Shown: positions 1-10,202, counted from the first letter of the stretch. The stretch is 64,000 bases of DNA from Verrucomicrobiales bacterium (GCA_016795425.1 JAEUHG010000005.1:29083-93082); one strand, 5' to 3'. Made by a program: numbers and translations. The notes: a model not told the origin generated them from the sequence alone.

Positions 1-1
1 T

Positions 2-571
2 GTGGCGCAGGACGCCGAGGCAGAAGGCGTTGACCAGCGGGTTGCCTTCGTAGCTTTTGTCGAAGTAGACCTCACCCGCGATGGTGGGGATGCCGAAGCA
101 ATTGCCGTAGTGCGCTATGCCGCCGACCACTCCGGCGAACAGGCGCCGGACCTCGGGCTGATCGAGTTGTCCGAAGCGAAGGGAGTTCAGGGCCGCGACG
201 GGACGGGCCCCCATGGTGAAGATATCGCGCACGATGCCACCGACCCCGGTGGCGGCGCCCTGGAAGGGTTCGACGGCGCTCGGGTGATTGTGCGACTCGA
301 TCTTGAAGGCGATGGCCAAACCGTCGCCGACGTCGACGATGCCGGCATTCTCCTCGCCGGCACCCACCAGGATCTTGGAGGATTTGGTGGGGAAGGTTTT
401 GAGCAGGGGCCGGGTATTCTTGTAGGAGCAATGCTCGCTCCACATCACCGAGAAGATGCCCAACTCGGTGTAGGACGGCGCGCGCCCGAGGATCTCGAGG
501 ATCCTGGCATATTCGTCGGGCGTCAGATTGTGCTTCGCGACTAATTCGGGAGTGACGGCTGGTTCGGTCAT
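2..571 (-). CDS. purL: Phosphoribosylformylglycinamidine synthase subunit PurL (5' part; runs off the window edge)
   Basis: Manual minus-strand translation from ATG at 571: [21 protein letters not shown]...[14 protein letters not shown]...[20 protein letters not shown]. Absent from the ORF track because it is truncated. Confidence 0.95.
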   Translation of the reverse strand, partial: MTEPAVTPELVAKHNLTPDEYARILEILGRAPSYTELGIFSVMWSEHCSYKNTRPLLKTFPTKSSKILVGAGEENAGIVDVGDGLAIAFKIESHNHPSAVEPFQGAATGVGGIVRDIFTMGARPVAALNSLRFGQLDQPEVRRLFAGVVGGIAHYGNCFGIPTIAGEVYFDKSYEGNPLVNAFCLGVLRH

Positions 572-726
572 CGCTTCGGGGTCCCCGCGTGGGCGCGGGG
601 CGGGGGAAGCATGGGGAGGTCCGGGCCGGGACACAATCCCCGGCAAGCGCGTCACGAACCCGAGGCGATCGACGCTTTGGCTCTTTTCGACGGTGGTTGG
701 ATGGCCCATCGTCTCGGCCGTCGCCT

Positions 727-2169
727 ATGATTTGGCCTTCATCTTCACGTCCCTGGGTTGGTTTGTCGTGGTCGTTCTTCCTCGTCGTCTTGTCGCTCAT
801 TGCGCCGCTAGGGCACGGTGCTGACACCCAGCGTGCGCCGACCCGCGGTGCGCCCTTGACCGCGCTGGACCGGTACGTGCACACGCCGGACCGGGCCTAC
901 ACCTGGAAGGTGGCGGGATCCGTGAAGGGCGAGGGTGGCACGGCGTATTACATCGACATGACCTCGCAGAACTGGTTGACGACCAACGAGGTGAATCGAA
1001 CGGCGTGGAAGCATTGGGTGATTGTGGCCCGGCCCGACAACCTTCAAAGCACCACCGCGTTGTTGTTCATTGGCGGCGGGGCCAATCGCGACGATCGCCC
1101 GCCGAAGGTCAGCGGCGACCTGGCGCGCATCGCGCGGGAAACGAAGTCCGTGGTGGTGGAACTCAAGATGGTGCCCAACCAACCGTTGATCTTCGGCAAT
1201 GACGGGGCCGAGCGCGTGGAGGACGATCTCATTGCCTACACCTGGGACAAATTCCTTCGCACCGGGGATGAGAAATGGCCCGCCCGGCTTCCCATGACCA
1301 AGGCGGCGGTTCGGGCCATGGACACCGTCACGGCCTTTTGCGCCAGTGAGGCGGGTGGAAATGCCAAGGTCGATACGTTTATTGTGGCCGGCGGCTCCAA
1401 GCGAGGCTGGACCACTTGGACCACTGCGGCCGTGGACAAACGAGTCGTGGCCATTTGCCCGATCGTGATCGACGTGTTGAATCTGGAGGAATCGATGTTC
1501 CACCACTATCAGGCCTATGGATTCTGGGCCCCGGCCGTCGGAAACTACGTCCAGCACGGGATCATGGACTGGATGAAGACACCGGCGATGCATGCGCTGT
1601 GCAAGATCGAGGATCCGTATTCCTACCGGGAGCGTTTGACCCTGCCGAAACTCATCATGAACGCCTGCGGCGATCAGTTCTTCCTGCCCGACTCCTCCCA
1701 ATTCTACTTCGACGATCTCCCGTCCCCGAGGTATCTCCGCTACATTCCCAACGCCGACCACTCCCTCAAGGGAAGCGACGCGTACGAGACATTGCTGGCC
1801 TGGCATGACATCAATATCCATCGGCGTCGGGTCCCGGAATGGACCTGGAAACATGGGCGTACCGGCGAGGTGAAGATTCGTGCCAAAGACCAGCCGACCT
1901 CGGTCAAGCTGTGGAAGGCGACCAATCCCAAAGCCCGGGATTTCCGGTTGGAGACCCTCGGGCCGGTCTGGCAATCGACGGATTTGTCGGCGGACGCGAA
2001 GGGAGGGTATGAGGCTCGCGTGGAAACACCCGCGGAAGGTTGGACCGCGTACATGGTCGAGCTGTCGTTCGATGTCGGCGCCAAGGCGCCGTTGAAGCTG
2101 ACCACGGATGTTCGCGTGATTCCGGACAAACTGCCCTATCCCGAGCCGGTGCCGAGCAAGAAGCCGTAG
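727..2169 (+). CDS. PhoPQ-activated pathogenicity-related (PqaA-family) secreted alpha/beta hydrolase-like protein
   Basis: Signal-peptide-like N-terminus; motifs MTSQNW, EDDLIAYTW, PMTKAAVRAMD, GGSKRGWTTW, DQFFLPD. Start set at ATG 727 within ORF 589..2169. Confidence 0.88.
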   Translation: MIWPSSSRPWVGLSWSFFLVVLSLIAPLGHGADTQRAPTRGAPLTALDRYVHTPDRAYTWKVAGSVKGEGGTAYYIDMTSQNWLTTNEVNRTAWKHWVIVARPDNLQSTTALLFIGGGANRDDRPPKVSGDLARIARETKSVVVELKMVPNQPLIFGNDGAERVEDDLIAYTWDKFLRTGDEKWPARLPMTKAAVRAMDTVTAFCASEAGGNAKVDTFIVAGGSKRGWTTWTTAAVDKRVVAICPIVIDVLNLEESMFHHYQAYGFWAPAVGNYVQHGIMDWMKTPAMHALCKIEDPYSYRERLTLPKLIMNACGDQFFLPDSSQFYFDDLPSPRYLRYIPNADHSLKGSDAYETLLAWHDINIHRRRVPEWTWKHGRTGEVKIRAKDQPTSVKLWKATNPKARDFRLETLGPVWQSTDLSADAKGGYEARVETPAEGWTAYMVELSFDVGAKAPLKLTTDVRVIPDKLPYPEPVPSKKP

Positions 2170-2193
2170 GCAGGGTGCCGATCGGTCATCGGG

Positions 2194-3093
2194 TCACTCG
2201 GGCAGTTTGTCATCCACTGCGACCCGCAATTTCAGGAAGACCTTGCGTCCAAGCAGGGTCTCCAGGTCTTTCCGGGCTGACGCGCCAATATTGCGAACCA
2301 TACGTCCCTTGGCGCCGATGAGCATGGATTTATAGCGGACGTGGGCGACCTGGATTTCGGCGTGAACTTCGAACAGATCGTCGCCCGCCCGGGAGGGTCG
2401 CTCCTCGATGGCATCGACCTTTACGGCGGTGCGGTACGGAACTTCGTCGCCAGTCAGGATGTAGATCTTTTCTCGGATAATCTCGGCGATCTGGAATTCC
2501 CGGCGGGCATTGGTGAATTCGGATTCCGGATACAACGGAGGAGCCACCGGGAGACGATTTAGAATGGCGGTGACCAAGTCCTCGAGATGCCGGCGGCTCA
2601 CCGCCGACACTTCCAGCACCACGGCATAGTGGGCGGCGTGCTCCCTCCAGGCCGCCAGATGCGCGCGCGAACGAAGGTCCGACTTGGCAAGACAGAGGAT
2701 TTTGGGCTGGGCCACTGTCGACAGCGAGGTCAGAACCATTTCGTCCTCGGCTCCGAGCGGGCGGGACGGATCGGCGACATGCACCACGACATCAATGCCA
2801 TCCAGGGCGGCGCGCGTGCGGGCATGGAGCTTCTCGACCAAGGCGCTCCGATGGGTTTGGAAGAAGCCGGGAGTATCGACGAACACGATCTGGCCGGCTG
2901 GCCGATGAAGAACGCCGTGGATCGGGTGTCGGGTCGTCTGGGGCTTGGAACTGACGATCGAGACCTTTCGCTCGACGAGCGCGTTGAGCAGGGTGGACTT
3001 GCCGGCGTTGGTCCGACCGATGAGAACGGCGAGACCCGCTCGAAAGTTCGGCGGCGGGGTGGGTGAGGGGGTGGAAGCGGAGGTGGACTCCAT
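2194..3093 (-). CDS. era: GTPase Era
   Basis: G1 GRTNAGKSTL, SSKPQTTR, DTPG, EIIREK, KH-domain IGAKG; 299 aa. Confidence 0.92.
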   Translation of the reverse strand: MESTSASTPSPTPPPNFRAGLAVLIGRTNAGKSTLLNALVERKVSIVSSKPQTTRHPIHGVLHRPAGQIVFVDTPGFFQTHRSALVEKLHARTRAALDGIDVVVHVADPSRPLGAEDEMVLTSLSTVAQPKILCLAKSDLRSRAHLAAWREHAAHYAVVLEVSAVSRRHLEDLVTAILNRLPVAPPLYPESEFTNARREFQIAEIIREKIYILTGDEVPYRTAVKVDAIEERPSRAGDDLFEVHAEIQVAHVRYKSMLIGAKGRMVRNIGASARKDLETLLGRKVFLKLRVAVDDKLPE

Positions 3094-3315
3094 GCGTTCG
3101 AAAGGGGGGCCAGCGTAGGCGGGCGATGACGCGAGGGGAAGCGACGATTCGGCTATTCCACGATTCGACGAACGCCGTGCGTGCAGTCGCCCCGGGACAC
3201 GGAGAGATTCGCTTATGGAAACCCAACGTGCCGCTGATTCGCAGAAGGTTCTTGTTCCGGGCCGGTCCAGTAGTGCACCTTACTTGTCAGCAGTCCCACA
3301 ACCCGTGGTCGAATC

Positions 3316-4083
3316 ATGCGCGTCATTATTGTTGACGATGAACCCTTAGCTCGCGACCGGCTCCGCGCGATGCTGGGCAAGGAATCGGATGTCAAGATTG
3401 TCGCCGAATGCGCCGATGGGCGCGAGGCCGTCACCGCGATCCGTCGCGAGAATCCGGATGTCGTGTTTCTCGACATCCAGATGCCCGAGATGGATGGCTT
3501 TGGGGTGTTGTCCCAATTGAAGGGCCATGCCCTGCCCAGAGTCATCTTCGTGACGGCCTTCGATGAGTTCGCCGTCAAGGCATTCGAGGTGCACGCCCTG
3601 GATTACCTTCTTAAACCGTTTGACCGCGATCGTCTCCAGTCGGCGCTCAACCGGGTCCGCGAGCAGATGAAGACGGCATCACCGGCGGAGTTGACGGAGA
3701 AACTCACCGCGTTGCTGGACTCCTTTCAGGGCGGAGCGGCAGACGGTCGCAGCGGCGACCGGATTGCGGTGAAACTGGACGGCCGGGTGATCTTCGTGAG
3801 GCCGGGCGACATCGACTGGATCGAGGCGCAGGACAACTACGTCAAGCTCCACGTGGGGCGCGAAGCCCATTTGGTTCGCGACACTTTGTCCAACTTCGAA
3901 ACGCGGCTGGATACGCGGCGCTTTATCCGCATTGCACGATCCACCATCGTCAACATCGATCGCGTTCGTGAAATGCAGCCGATGTTCCACGGTGAATACG
4001 TGGTGATTCTGCACGACGGCAGCAAGCTCACCATGAGCCGCGGTTACCGGGAGACCCTGCAGCAGTACCTCGGCGGGAAGTGA
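3316..4083 (+). CDS. LytTR-family DNA-binding response regulator
   Basis: Receiver domain (VDDE, FLDIQMP, FVTAFD, YLLKP) plus LytTR domain (IDWIEAQDNYV, FIRIARSTIVN). Confidence 0.95.
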   Translation: MRVIIVDDEPLARDRLRAMLGKESDVKIVAECADGREAVTAIRRENPDVVFLDIQMPEMDGFGVLSQLKGHALPRVIFVTAFDEFAVKAFEVHALDYLLKPFDRDRLQSALNRVREQMKTASPAELTEKLTALLDSFQGGAADGRSGDRIAVKLDGRVIFVRPGDIDWIEAQDNYVKLHVGREAHLVRDTLSNFETRLDTRRFIRIARSTIVNIDRVREMQPMFHGEYVVILHDGSKLTMSRGYRETLQQYLGGK

Positions 4084-4296
4084 GGCTGGCGGAACTCTGC
4101 GGCGTCCGCAGGCTCCTCTCAGCCTGCTCCCTTGAACCATGCACCGGGCTCGGACCGCGCCCTTCGGGCGGCGTTCCCTGACGAGTGCACCGGGAGGAAA
4201 CATCCGGTAACGAGTCGCTGGGGGCGTCGGCTGTCGCCACTTATCGATCCTTCGGGAACCCCGCGGATAGCCAGCCCAACGGATGACCGCTCCCGG

Positions 4297-5772
4297 CTAT
4301 GGCCTCGGTGCCGTTGCCTCGCGGAAAAGTCCGAGCTTGGAAAGAGTCGGAGCCCAGCGCGCGCCCGTTATCCGAATTCGGACACGGTCGGTGGTGACCT
4401 CGGGGAACCGGAGGAGCCGCATGTAACCGACGGTGGTCGCGGTGGCGACCTCCTTCCACGATCCATCGATCCAGACATCCAGAGCGCAGCCTTCAATGCG
4501 TTGTCCCACGGGGAGGTGCTCCATCAGCTGCGCGCGATTGAAGGTGCGCCGTCCAGCGAGTTCGAAGGTCAGTTCCGCGGTTTCCTGACCGTCGGGTGTG
4601 GTCCAGAAGGTGGCGGGATTGGCGTCGGTGATGGCGGAGGCCGGGGCCTCGGGACGTTGGTGGCTGGCCTGGACTTTCGCCGCGTCGGCGAGATTCACTT
4701 GGAAGGTGGACTGAAGCACCTTGCCGAGTTGCCGGAGATGGGCGGCATCGTTCTCGTGGATCAATCCGCGCCGGTCCGGAGGGACATTGAGCAGGAGCGT
4801 GCAATTCCCGCCGACATTGCGATAGTACATGTCGAGCAGGGTTTCGACGGACTTCACCTTGGCATCCTCGGCCGCGTGATAGAACCAGCCGGGACGAATG
4901 GAGACATCGGTTTCGGCGGGCCACCAGAGGAGATGGGGTGCGGACGCGATCTTGGCGCGGCTGCCGAGATCCTCGGCGGTGCTGTCGCCACCGTGGAATT
5001 GTTCGAGAGGAACCGGGGAGGGAAACACGCTCCATTCGGCGGCGCGGGTATGGGCGCCTTCATTGCCGACCCAGCGGACATCGGGGCCCATGCCGAAAAT
5101 GACGGCATTGGGTTGGAGCTCGCGGATGAGGCGATACCACCCGAAGTAATCGTATTTCATTCCCTCTTTTCGAGGATTGGCGCCGTCGAACCAGACCTCG
5201 GTGATGTCGCCGTACTGGGTCAGGAGTTCGCGCAGTTGGTTTTTGAAGTAGGTGTTGTACCCCTCGGTATCGCCGTAGGAGGGGGCATTGAGGTCGGCAG
5301 GTGAGAGGTAGACGCCGAATTTGAGTCCGGCTTCACGGCAGGCGTCGGCCACCTCCCGCACGACATCGCCTGCGCCGCCGCGCCAGGGACTGTTCTTGAC
5401 GGAGTGCTCGGTATAGCGCGAAGGCCAAAGGCAGAAGCCGTCATGATGCTTCGCGGTGAGGATCACCATCCGCATGCCGGCGTCCTTGAAGACCGAGACC
5501 CATTGGCGGGCATCCAGCGCGGTAGGATGAAAGATCTTGGGATCCTCGGTTCCCGTACCCCATTCGCGGTCGGTGAAAGTATTCACCCCGAAATGGACGA
5601 AGGCGTAGAACTCGAGTTGCTGCCAGGCGATTTGGCGTGGATGGGGGGCGACCTTGGCGGCGCGTTCCACCCAGGCCTGGGCGGGACCGGAGGTCGCGGC
5701 AAAGAGGCCGCACAGCGCGAGCAGGTTGCGGAGAGCGAGACGTTTCATCCGGACCAAAGCCTGCCGCGTCAT
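4297..5772 (-). CDS. Alpha-L-fucosidase (GH29) with C-terminal F5/8 type C-like domain
   Basis: Signal peptide; FVHFGVNTF, TAKHHDGFCLW, EVWFDGA, RWVGNE, SIRPGWFYH, LLLNVPP. Confidence 0.93.
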   Translation of the reverse strand: MTRQALVRMKRLALRNLLALCGLFAATSGPAQAWVERAAKVAPHPRQIAWQQLEFYAFVHFGVNTFTDREWGTGTEDPKIFHPTALDARQWVSVFKDAGMRMVILTAKHHDGFCLWPSRYTEHSVKNSPWRGGAGDVVREVADACREAGLKFGVYLSPADLNAPSYGDTEGYNTYFKNQLRELLTQYGDITEVWFDGANPRKEGMKYDYFGWYRLIRELQPNAVIFGMGPDVRWVGNEGAHTRAAEWSVFPSPVPLEQFHGGDSTAEDLGSRAKIASAPHLLWWPAETDVSIRPGWFYHAAEDAKVKSVETLLDMYYRNVGGNCTLLLNVPPDRRGLIHENDAAHLRQLGKVLQSTFQVNLADAAKVQASHQRPEAPASAITDANPATFWTTPDGQETAELTFELAGRRTFNRAQLMEHLPVGQRIEGCALDVWIDGSWKEVATATTVGYMRLLRFPEVTTDRVRIRITGARWAPTLSKLGLFREATAPRP

Positions 5773-7205
5773 GGGGTGGCTGGACGAGCTTCATTCCGTG
5801 AAGTGGCTTCGGCCAGTTCCTCGGCGGGATAAGTCCAGATTTCCGCGAGGGAAGGATGGTAATGGGGGGTGGCCGCCAGTTGGCGGGCCGTCCATTGGGC
5901 CGCCATGGCTACGACAATTTCATGGATCAGTTCGCCGCCCGACGGTCCCGCGACAGCGCCACCCAAGAGCAGGCCCGTGTCCGGATCAGCCAGCAGTTTG
6001 ACCCTGCCGATCTTGGCTTCCATGAGAATGGACTTTCCGTGGTCGGCGAAGGGATAGCTGGCGGTGGCAAACCGGATGTTCCCCAGGCGACAGTCCTTCT
6101 CCGTTTTCCCGACCATGGCCGCCTGGGGATCCGTGAACACCACGCTCATGGCCAGACGATTGTCCAGGCGGCGGGGGCGATCGGGGTACAGCAGGTTGTG
6201 CGCAGCGATCTCGGCTTGCTGGATGGCGATATGGACGACTTCGTTTTCGCTGGTGCAATCGCCGGCGGCCATGATGTGCGGGGCGCTGGTGCGCATCTCC
6301 TCATTCGTCAGGATGCGCCCTGAGCCGTCCACCTGCACACCGGCCGCCGCGAGATGAAGCGACGAGGTGTTGGGGACGCGGCCGAGCGCCAGGAGCAAAT
6401 GGGTTGCTTCCACGCGACGGATTTCCCCATGGGATTCGAAACGGACCCACCGGGTGGCGCCATTGCGGCCGGCCTCCAGCAGTCGAGCGCCGGTGTGAAG
6501 GTCGACACCATCCTTGCGCAGGGCTTCGCCGATCGCCGAAGCGATATCCTCATCGAACGCGCGAAGGACCTGTGCTCCGCGTTGGATCTGAATGACGCGG
6601 GTACCCATTCGAGCAAAGAACTGACTGAATTCGCAGGCAATCGAGCCGCCGCCGAGAATGATCAGGCTTTCCGGTGGAGCCGTCAGGGCGAGGGCATCGT
6701 CGCTGGTGAGGTATCCGGCATCGGCCAGACCCGGGATGCTGGGAGTGGCGACCCTGGATCCGGTGGCGACGACGAAGCGTGCCGCGGTCAGGCGACGATG
6801 GTCATCGAGCATCACCGCGTTGGGGCCGTCAAACCGGGCCATGGCACGCAGGAAGGTGAAGCGCCCGTCGGCGAGTTGTTGGCGGCGGTACGCGGCGAAT
6901 TCTTCGACCATGGCATCTTTGCGCGCCATGACGGCGGCAAAATCGACACCGGGCGGCGGAACGGAAATACCCCAGGTGGCGGCATGCCGGGTCAAGTGAG
7001 CGACTTCGGCGGCATAGAGGAGTGCCTTGGTGGGCATGCAACCGCGCAGGATGCACAGCCCGCCGACCTCGGCTCCGCCCTCGATCACGGCCACCCGCTG
7101 GCCGCCGGCGGCGAGGGTACGGGCGGCCGCATACCCGGCGCTGCCGCCGCCGAGAACAATGGCATCAAAGTCGGGACGGGTGGGGGTTGGTTTGGAGTTT
7201 GGCAC
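5769..7205 (-). CDS. Class I pyridine nucleotide-disulfide oxidoreductase (dihydrolipoamide dehydrogenase-like)
   Basis: GGGSAG FAD motif, GGLCILRGCMPTK redox disulfide, C-terminal HPSLAE; no MerA C-terminal Cys-Cys. Confidence 0.88.
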   Translation of the reverse strand: MPNSKPTPTRPDFDAIVLGGGSAGYAAARTLAAGGQRVAVIEGGAEVGGLCILRGCMPTKALLYAAEVAHLTRHAATWGISVPPPGVDFAAVMARKDAMVEEFAAYRRQQLADGRFTFLRAMARFDGPNAVMLDDHRRLTAARFVVATGSRVATPSIPGLADAGYLTSDDALALTAPPESLIILGGGSIACEFSQFFARMGTRVIQIQRGAQVLRAFDEDIASAIGEALRKDGVDLHTGARLLEAGRNGATRWVRFESHGEIRRVEATHLLLALGRVPNTSSLHLAAAGVQVDGSGRILTNEEMRTSAPHIMAAGDCTSENEVVHIAIQQAEIAAHNLLYPDRPRRLDNRLAMSVVFTDPQAAMVGKTEKDCRLGNIRFATASYPFADHGKSILMEAKIGRVKLLADPDTGLLLGGAVAGPSGGELIHEIVVAMAAQWTARQLAATPHYHPSLAEIWTYPAEELAEATSRNEARPATP

Positions 7206-7302
7206 GGCCCCAGGGTGCCCAAGCGGAAGACCGCTGTCGCGTCTGTGTCAGGGTCCCCAATTTTGGACGTGCCTTCGACCGTAATCCGGCTAGAATTGCG
7301 GC

Positions 7303-8805
7303 ATGATCATCTGGTTGGTTGGTGTGATCCTGGTTGTCCTGGCCGCTGGAATTGGATTCCTGCTGGGCGGCGTCCGGGCCTCGATTTGTTTGGTGGGAAC
7401 CTTCATCAGCGCATTCATGGCGAAGATGGTGGGAGGCTGGGTGGCTGGCCTGGTGCCGATGATAGGCTTCAAGAACCCGATCTGGCTGTTCTACCTGCCT
7501 CCGGTTTTCGGATTCATCCTGGCGTCGCTGGTTTTCTTCATCATTGCCTTGGTGGTGCACCACGTCGTCGAGCGCCGGTTCCGGAACAGCACCGACGAAT
7601 ACACCTTCGCCCGTTGGTTCCGACTGAATCGGCGAACCGGCGCGGCGGTAGGAGCGGCGCAGGGGACCGTGTGGCTGGTGCTGGTGGCGATCGTGGCGTA
7701 TTTGCCCGGTTATTTGGCGACGCAATTGGCGGACGAGCAGGAGAATTCAGTGGCGCTGCGCGCCGCCAACAGTTTCACCCACGGGATGGAGGACACCGGG
7801 TTGATGCGCCTGGTGGAACGCTTCGAACCGGCAACCCCGGATCATTATGTCGCCTCGGATATTTTGGGTTTGGTCTATAACAACCCGGCTCTTCACAGCC
7901 GATTGGCGAGTTACCCGCCGTTCCTGGGTCTGGCCGAGAAGCCGGAGATTTCCGAATTGGCTCGGGATCCGGAGATCAACACCTTGATCCAGTCTCGCGC
8001 GGGGGTCGTGGAGATTCTGGACCACGCCAAGATCCGGGCGGTGGCCGATAACCCGGAGTTGGTGAATGAGCTGTTGGCCTTGGATTTTGCCGACCTGGAG
8101 GCCTACCTCCGGACTGGAATATCCGGCAAATACAAGGATGAGCGACTTTTGGGACGGTGGCGCCTGAATGTGCGCCGGAGCATCGCCGAGATGAAGCTGG
8201 TCAGTTCCGAGAAGCTTCCAACGGTCGAATTCAACCTGCTGCGCAAGGCGTTGAACGTTTATTTGGACAACATGACCATCGGGTTCACCACGGACAACAA
8301 GGCCCTGGTGAAGGTGAAGGCCAAGGACGAGCAGAAATTGCTGCAGACCGTGGGTCGTGCCTCCGCCACACCGGCGGCTGCCGCCACGCCGGCCGCCGAC
8401 GGTTCCACACCCGGCGCTCCGGCTGCTGGTGGCGGCTTGACGGCACGCGGCTTGGTCGCGCGGGCGTTGCCCCCACCGCAGCCTGCCGCCACCGATGGCG
8501 GGATGTCGGCCGACCTTCGTCAGCGTTACGGACTCAACCGCGGCGGCACCGGAGGACGAGCACAACCGGCGGCTCAGGCGTTGGCCGCCACGCCCGTGGT
8601 TCCGGTGAAGGTGGTCGCGAAACCGCCGTCCACTACGCTCAGCCCGTTAATGTCCACCGGCGAAGGCACTTGGGCGAAATCGGGCGACAAGTATCAGGTG
8701 AAGATCACCAAGGAGGACAAAGAGGTCCTTCTGGAGGTGGAAATCAAAGACAACCAAATGGTGGCGACGGCGGACGGCCGCACGCTGGTCTTTGATCGGA
8801 TCTAG
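7303..8805 (+). CDS. CvpA-like membrane protein with a long soluble C-terminal extension
   Basis: About 4 N-terminal TM helices with a CvpA-like pattern (G..RG-like start, LNRRTGAAVGAAQG), then a soluble region with an Ala/Pro-rich linker. Confidence 0.6.
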   Translation: MIIWLVGVILVVLAAGIGFLLGGVRASICLVGTFISAFMAKMVGGWVAGLVPMIGFKNPIWLFYLPPVFGFILASLVFFIIALVVHHVVERRFRNSTDEYTFARWFRLNRRTGAAVGAAQGTVWLVLVAIVAYLPGYLATQLADEQENSVALRAANSFTHGMEDTGLMRLVERFEPATPDHYVASDILGLVYNNPALHSRLASYPPFLGLAEKPEISELARDPEINTLIQSRAGVVEILDHAKIRAVADNPELVNELLALDFADLEAYLRTGISGKYKDERLLGRWRLNVRRSIAEMKLVSSEKLPTVEFNLLRKALNVYLDNMTIGFTTDNKALVKVKAKDEQKLLQTVGRASATPAAAATPAADGSTPGAPAAGGGLTARGLVARALPPPQPAATDGGMSADLRQRYGLNRGGTGGRAQPAAQALAATPVVPVKVVAKPPSTTLSPLMSTGEGTWAKSGDKYQVKITKEDKEVLLEVEIKDNQMVATADGRTLVFDRI

Positions 8806-9026
8806 GCGGTTCCTTGTTTTCTGGGCCTGCTGACGAGGCGCGGGATTCATCGAAGGTCTCGCGGACGTGGAACGAGCCGCGCCGGGTTGGGTGGTCACAC
8901 CGAATCGGCGCGGCGGTTTGTTTCCTGAGGAATAGGACGGTGGTCCCGACGTCGCGGAACGGAACACGACGAGAGCGATCTGCGGTCGCTGGACTACCGG
9001 AGCGACCCACAGGATCGGGAACGTGG

Positions 9027-9044
9027 AGGCGGAGCGCCTTTTTC
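9027..9044 (+). terminator. Possible intrinsic terminator
   Basis: AGGCG-GAG-CGCCT stem followed by a short T run, between convergent genes. Confidence 0.3.
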
Positions 9045-9551
9045 CTAACGATCGAGACTGACGGGTTGGACCTCCACCCCGTTGACGCTGGTTCGGAATG
9101 GGTCGACCACCCGGTACGCACTCGGGCTTGGAGCGGAGTAGGAGTCGTCGGAACGGGCGTAATCGGCGGGTGAAACCCGGTAAATAATTCCTCCGGGTAG
9201 ATGATTTGGAGGGGCCAGGAGCATGCCTGGGGTGGTGGTGGCCAGTTCCTCCATGCCGATGCCGGTATGGCTTTCGTGTTCGATCGCCATTTGGAAGACA
9301 CTGACGCCAAAGACCATCGCTCCGAGACCGAGGGCGGCATAGGAGCCGGCCACCATGGGTTCACGGAGGATCCTTATCCAGAGCCTCTCCCAGAAGCCGC
9401 GGTCCGACATTTCGGTGCCGGCGCGGATGCTGACCAAGATGCGATTGGGCAGACTGTCGAAGAACCCGGGAGGCGGCGTCTCGTGCCGTTTCACCGCGAG
9501 CAGGCGAAGCAGGCGCTGAACTTCGTCATCAGGATTCGGTACCATGGTCAC
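9045..9551 (-). CDS. Putative single-pass membrane anti-sigma factor
   Basis: Overlaps the stop of the upstream ECF sigma gene; short cytoplasmic N-terminus (LLAVKRHETPPPGFF) and one TM helix. Confidence 0.6.
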   Translation of the reverse strand: MTMVPNPDDEVQRLLRLLAVKRHETPPPGFFDSLPNRILVSIRAGTEMSDRGFWERLWIRILREPMVAGSYAALGLGAMVFGVSVFQMAIEHESHTGIGMEELATTTPGMLLAPPNHLPGGIIYRVSPADYARSDDSYSAPSPSAYRVVDPFRTSVNGVEVQPVSLDR

Positions 9552-10183
9552 TTCAGGTAATCGGAAAGGTAGGCTTGGAGCTGTTGACGGGCGTAGAACA
9601 GCCGAGACCGAACGGTGCCTGGGTTGCAGTCCATGATCGCGGCGATCTCTTCGTGGGGCAGGCCCTGTATATCATGCAGAACCACCACCATCCTGTGAAC
9701 TTCGGACAGCTTCTGCATCGCCCCGTTCAACTTTTCCTGAAGTTCGCCCAAATCCACCTGGCGCCGGGGAGTTTGTTCCGAGACGAGGGCGAGGACGTCG
9801 GGATCGTGCTCGGCGTTAAAGTCGAGGTCGTTAAGGCTGAGATTAGGCGTTCGGTTGCGCCGTTGTTTGAGGAAATTGAGGGTGCGATTGACGGCGATCC
9901 GGTAGATCCACGTGAAGAACGCGCAGTCGCCCTTGAATCCGCGCAACGCGTTGTAGGCCTTGATGAAAGCGTCCTGGGTCAGATCGGCGGCGTCTTCATG
10001 ATTGCTGGTCATGTGGTAGACGGTCGAATAGACCCGTTCCTGATGCCGGCGCACCAACTGGTCGTAAGCCTCCAGATCTCCGGCTTGGGCACGGCGGACC
10101 AGCACCAAATCCTCCGGTTCCACCGGATCAGCGACCGGCAGAGCCTTGGAGGGGTCAGTGGGAGGTTCCGTGGCCGTGCGCAT
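9548..10183 (-). CDS. ECF RNA polymerase sigma factor (RpoE-like)
   Basis: DLVLVRRAQAGD, DAADLTQDAFIKAY, FFTWIYRIAVN, EEIAAIMDCNPGTVRSRL. Confidence 0.95.
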   Translation of the reverse strand: MRTATEPPTDPSKALPVADPVEPEDLVLVRRAQAGDLEAYDQLVRRHQERVYSTVYHMTSNHEDAADLTQDAFIKAYNALRGFKGDCAFFTWIYRIAVNRTLNFLKQRRNRTPNLSLNDLDFNAEHDPDVLALVSEQTPRRQVDLGELQEKLNGAMQKLSEVHRMVVVLHDIQGLPHEEIAAIMDCNPGTVRSRLFYARQQLQAYLSDYLK

Positions 10184-10202
10184 ACGACCGGGGGCTTGGT
10201 TG

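Noticed and set aside
2-544. Plus-strand 180 aa ORF, and the many other long antisense ORFs (e.g. 41797..44292, 45091..46563, 55535..57166, 6354..7880)
   Set aside because: Shadow frames of real genes (purL, atp, Bat cluster, oxidoreductase) caused by high-GC codon bias; no independent motifs.
4178-4200. CTGACGAG...GAAA resembling a hammerhead ribozyme core (similar CTGACGAG near 8830)
   Set aside because: Stem II cannot close (GGAAA or CGAAG rather than CGAAA), and stems I and III are not evident.
5769-7205. Mercuric reductase MerA
   Set aside because: No C-terminal Cys-Cys pair, no N-terminal HMA domain and no mer genes nearby.
8872-9008. GC-rich hairpins (CCGCGCCG/CGGCGCGG; GGTCGCT/AGCGACC) between convergent genes; a similar one near 27570
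   Set aside because: Consistent with termination structures or chance in high-GC DNA; no recognisable RNA family.
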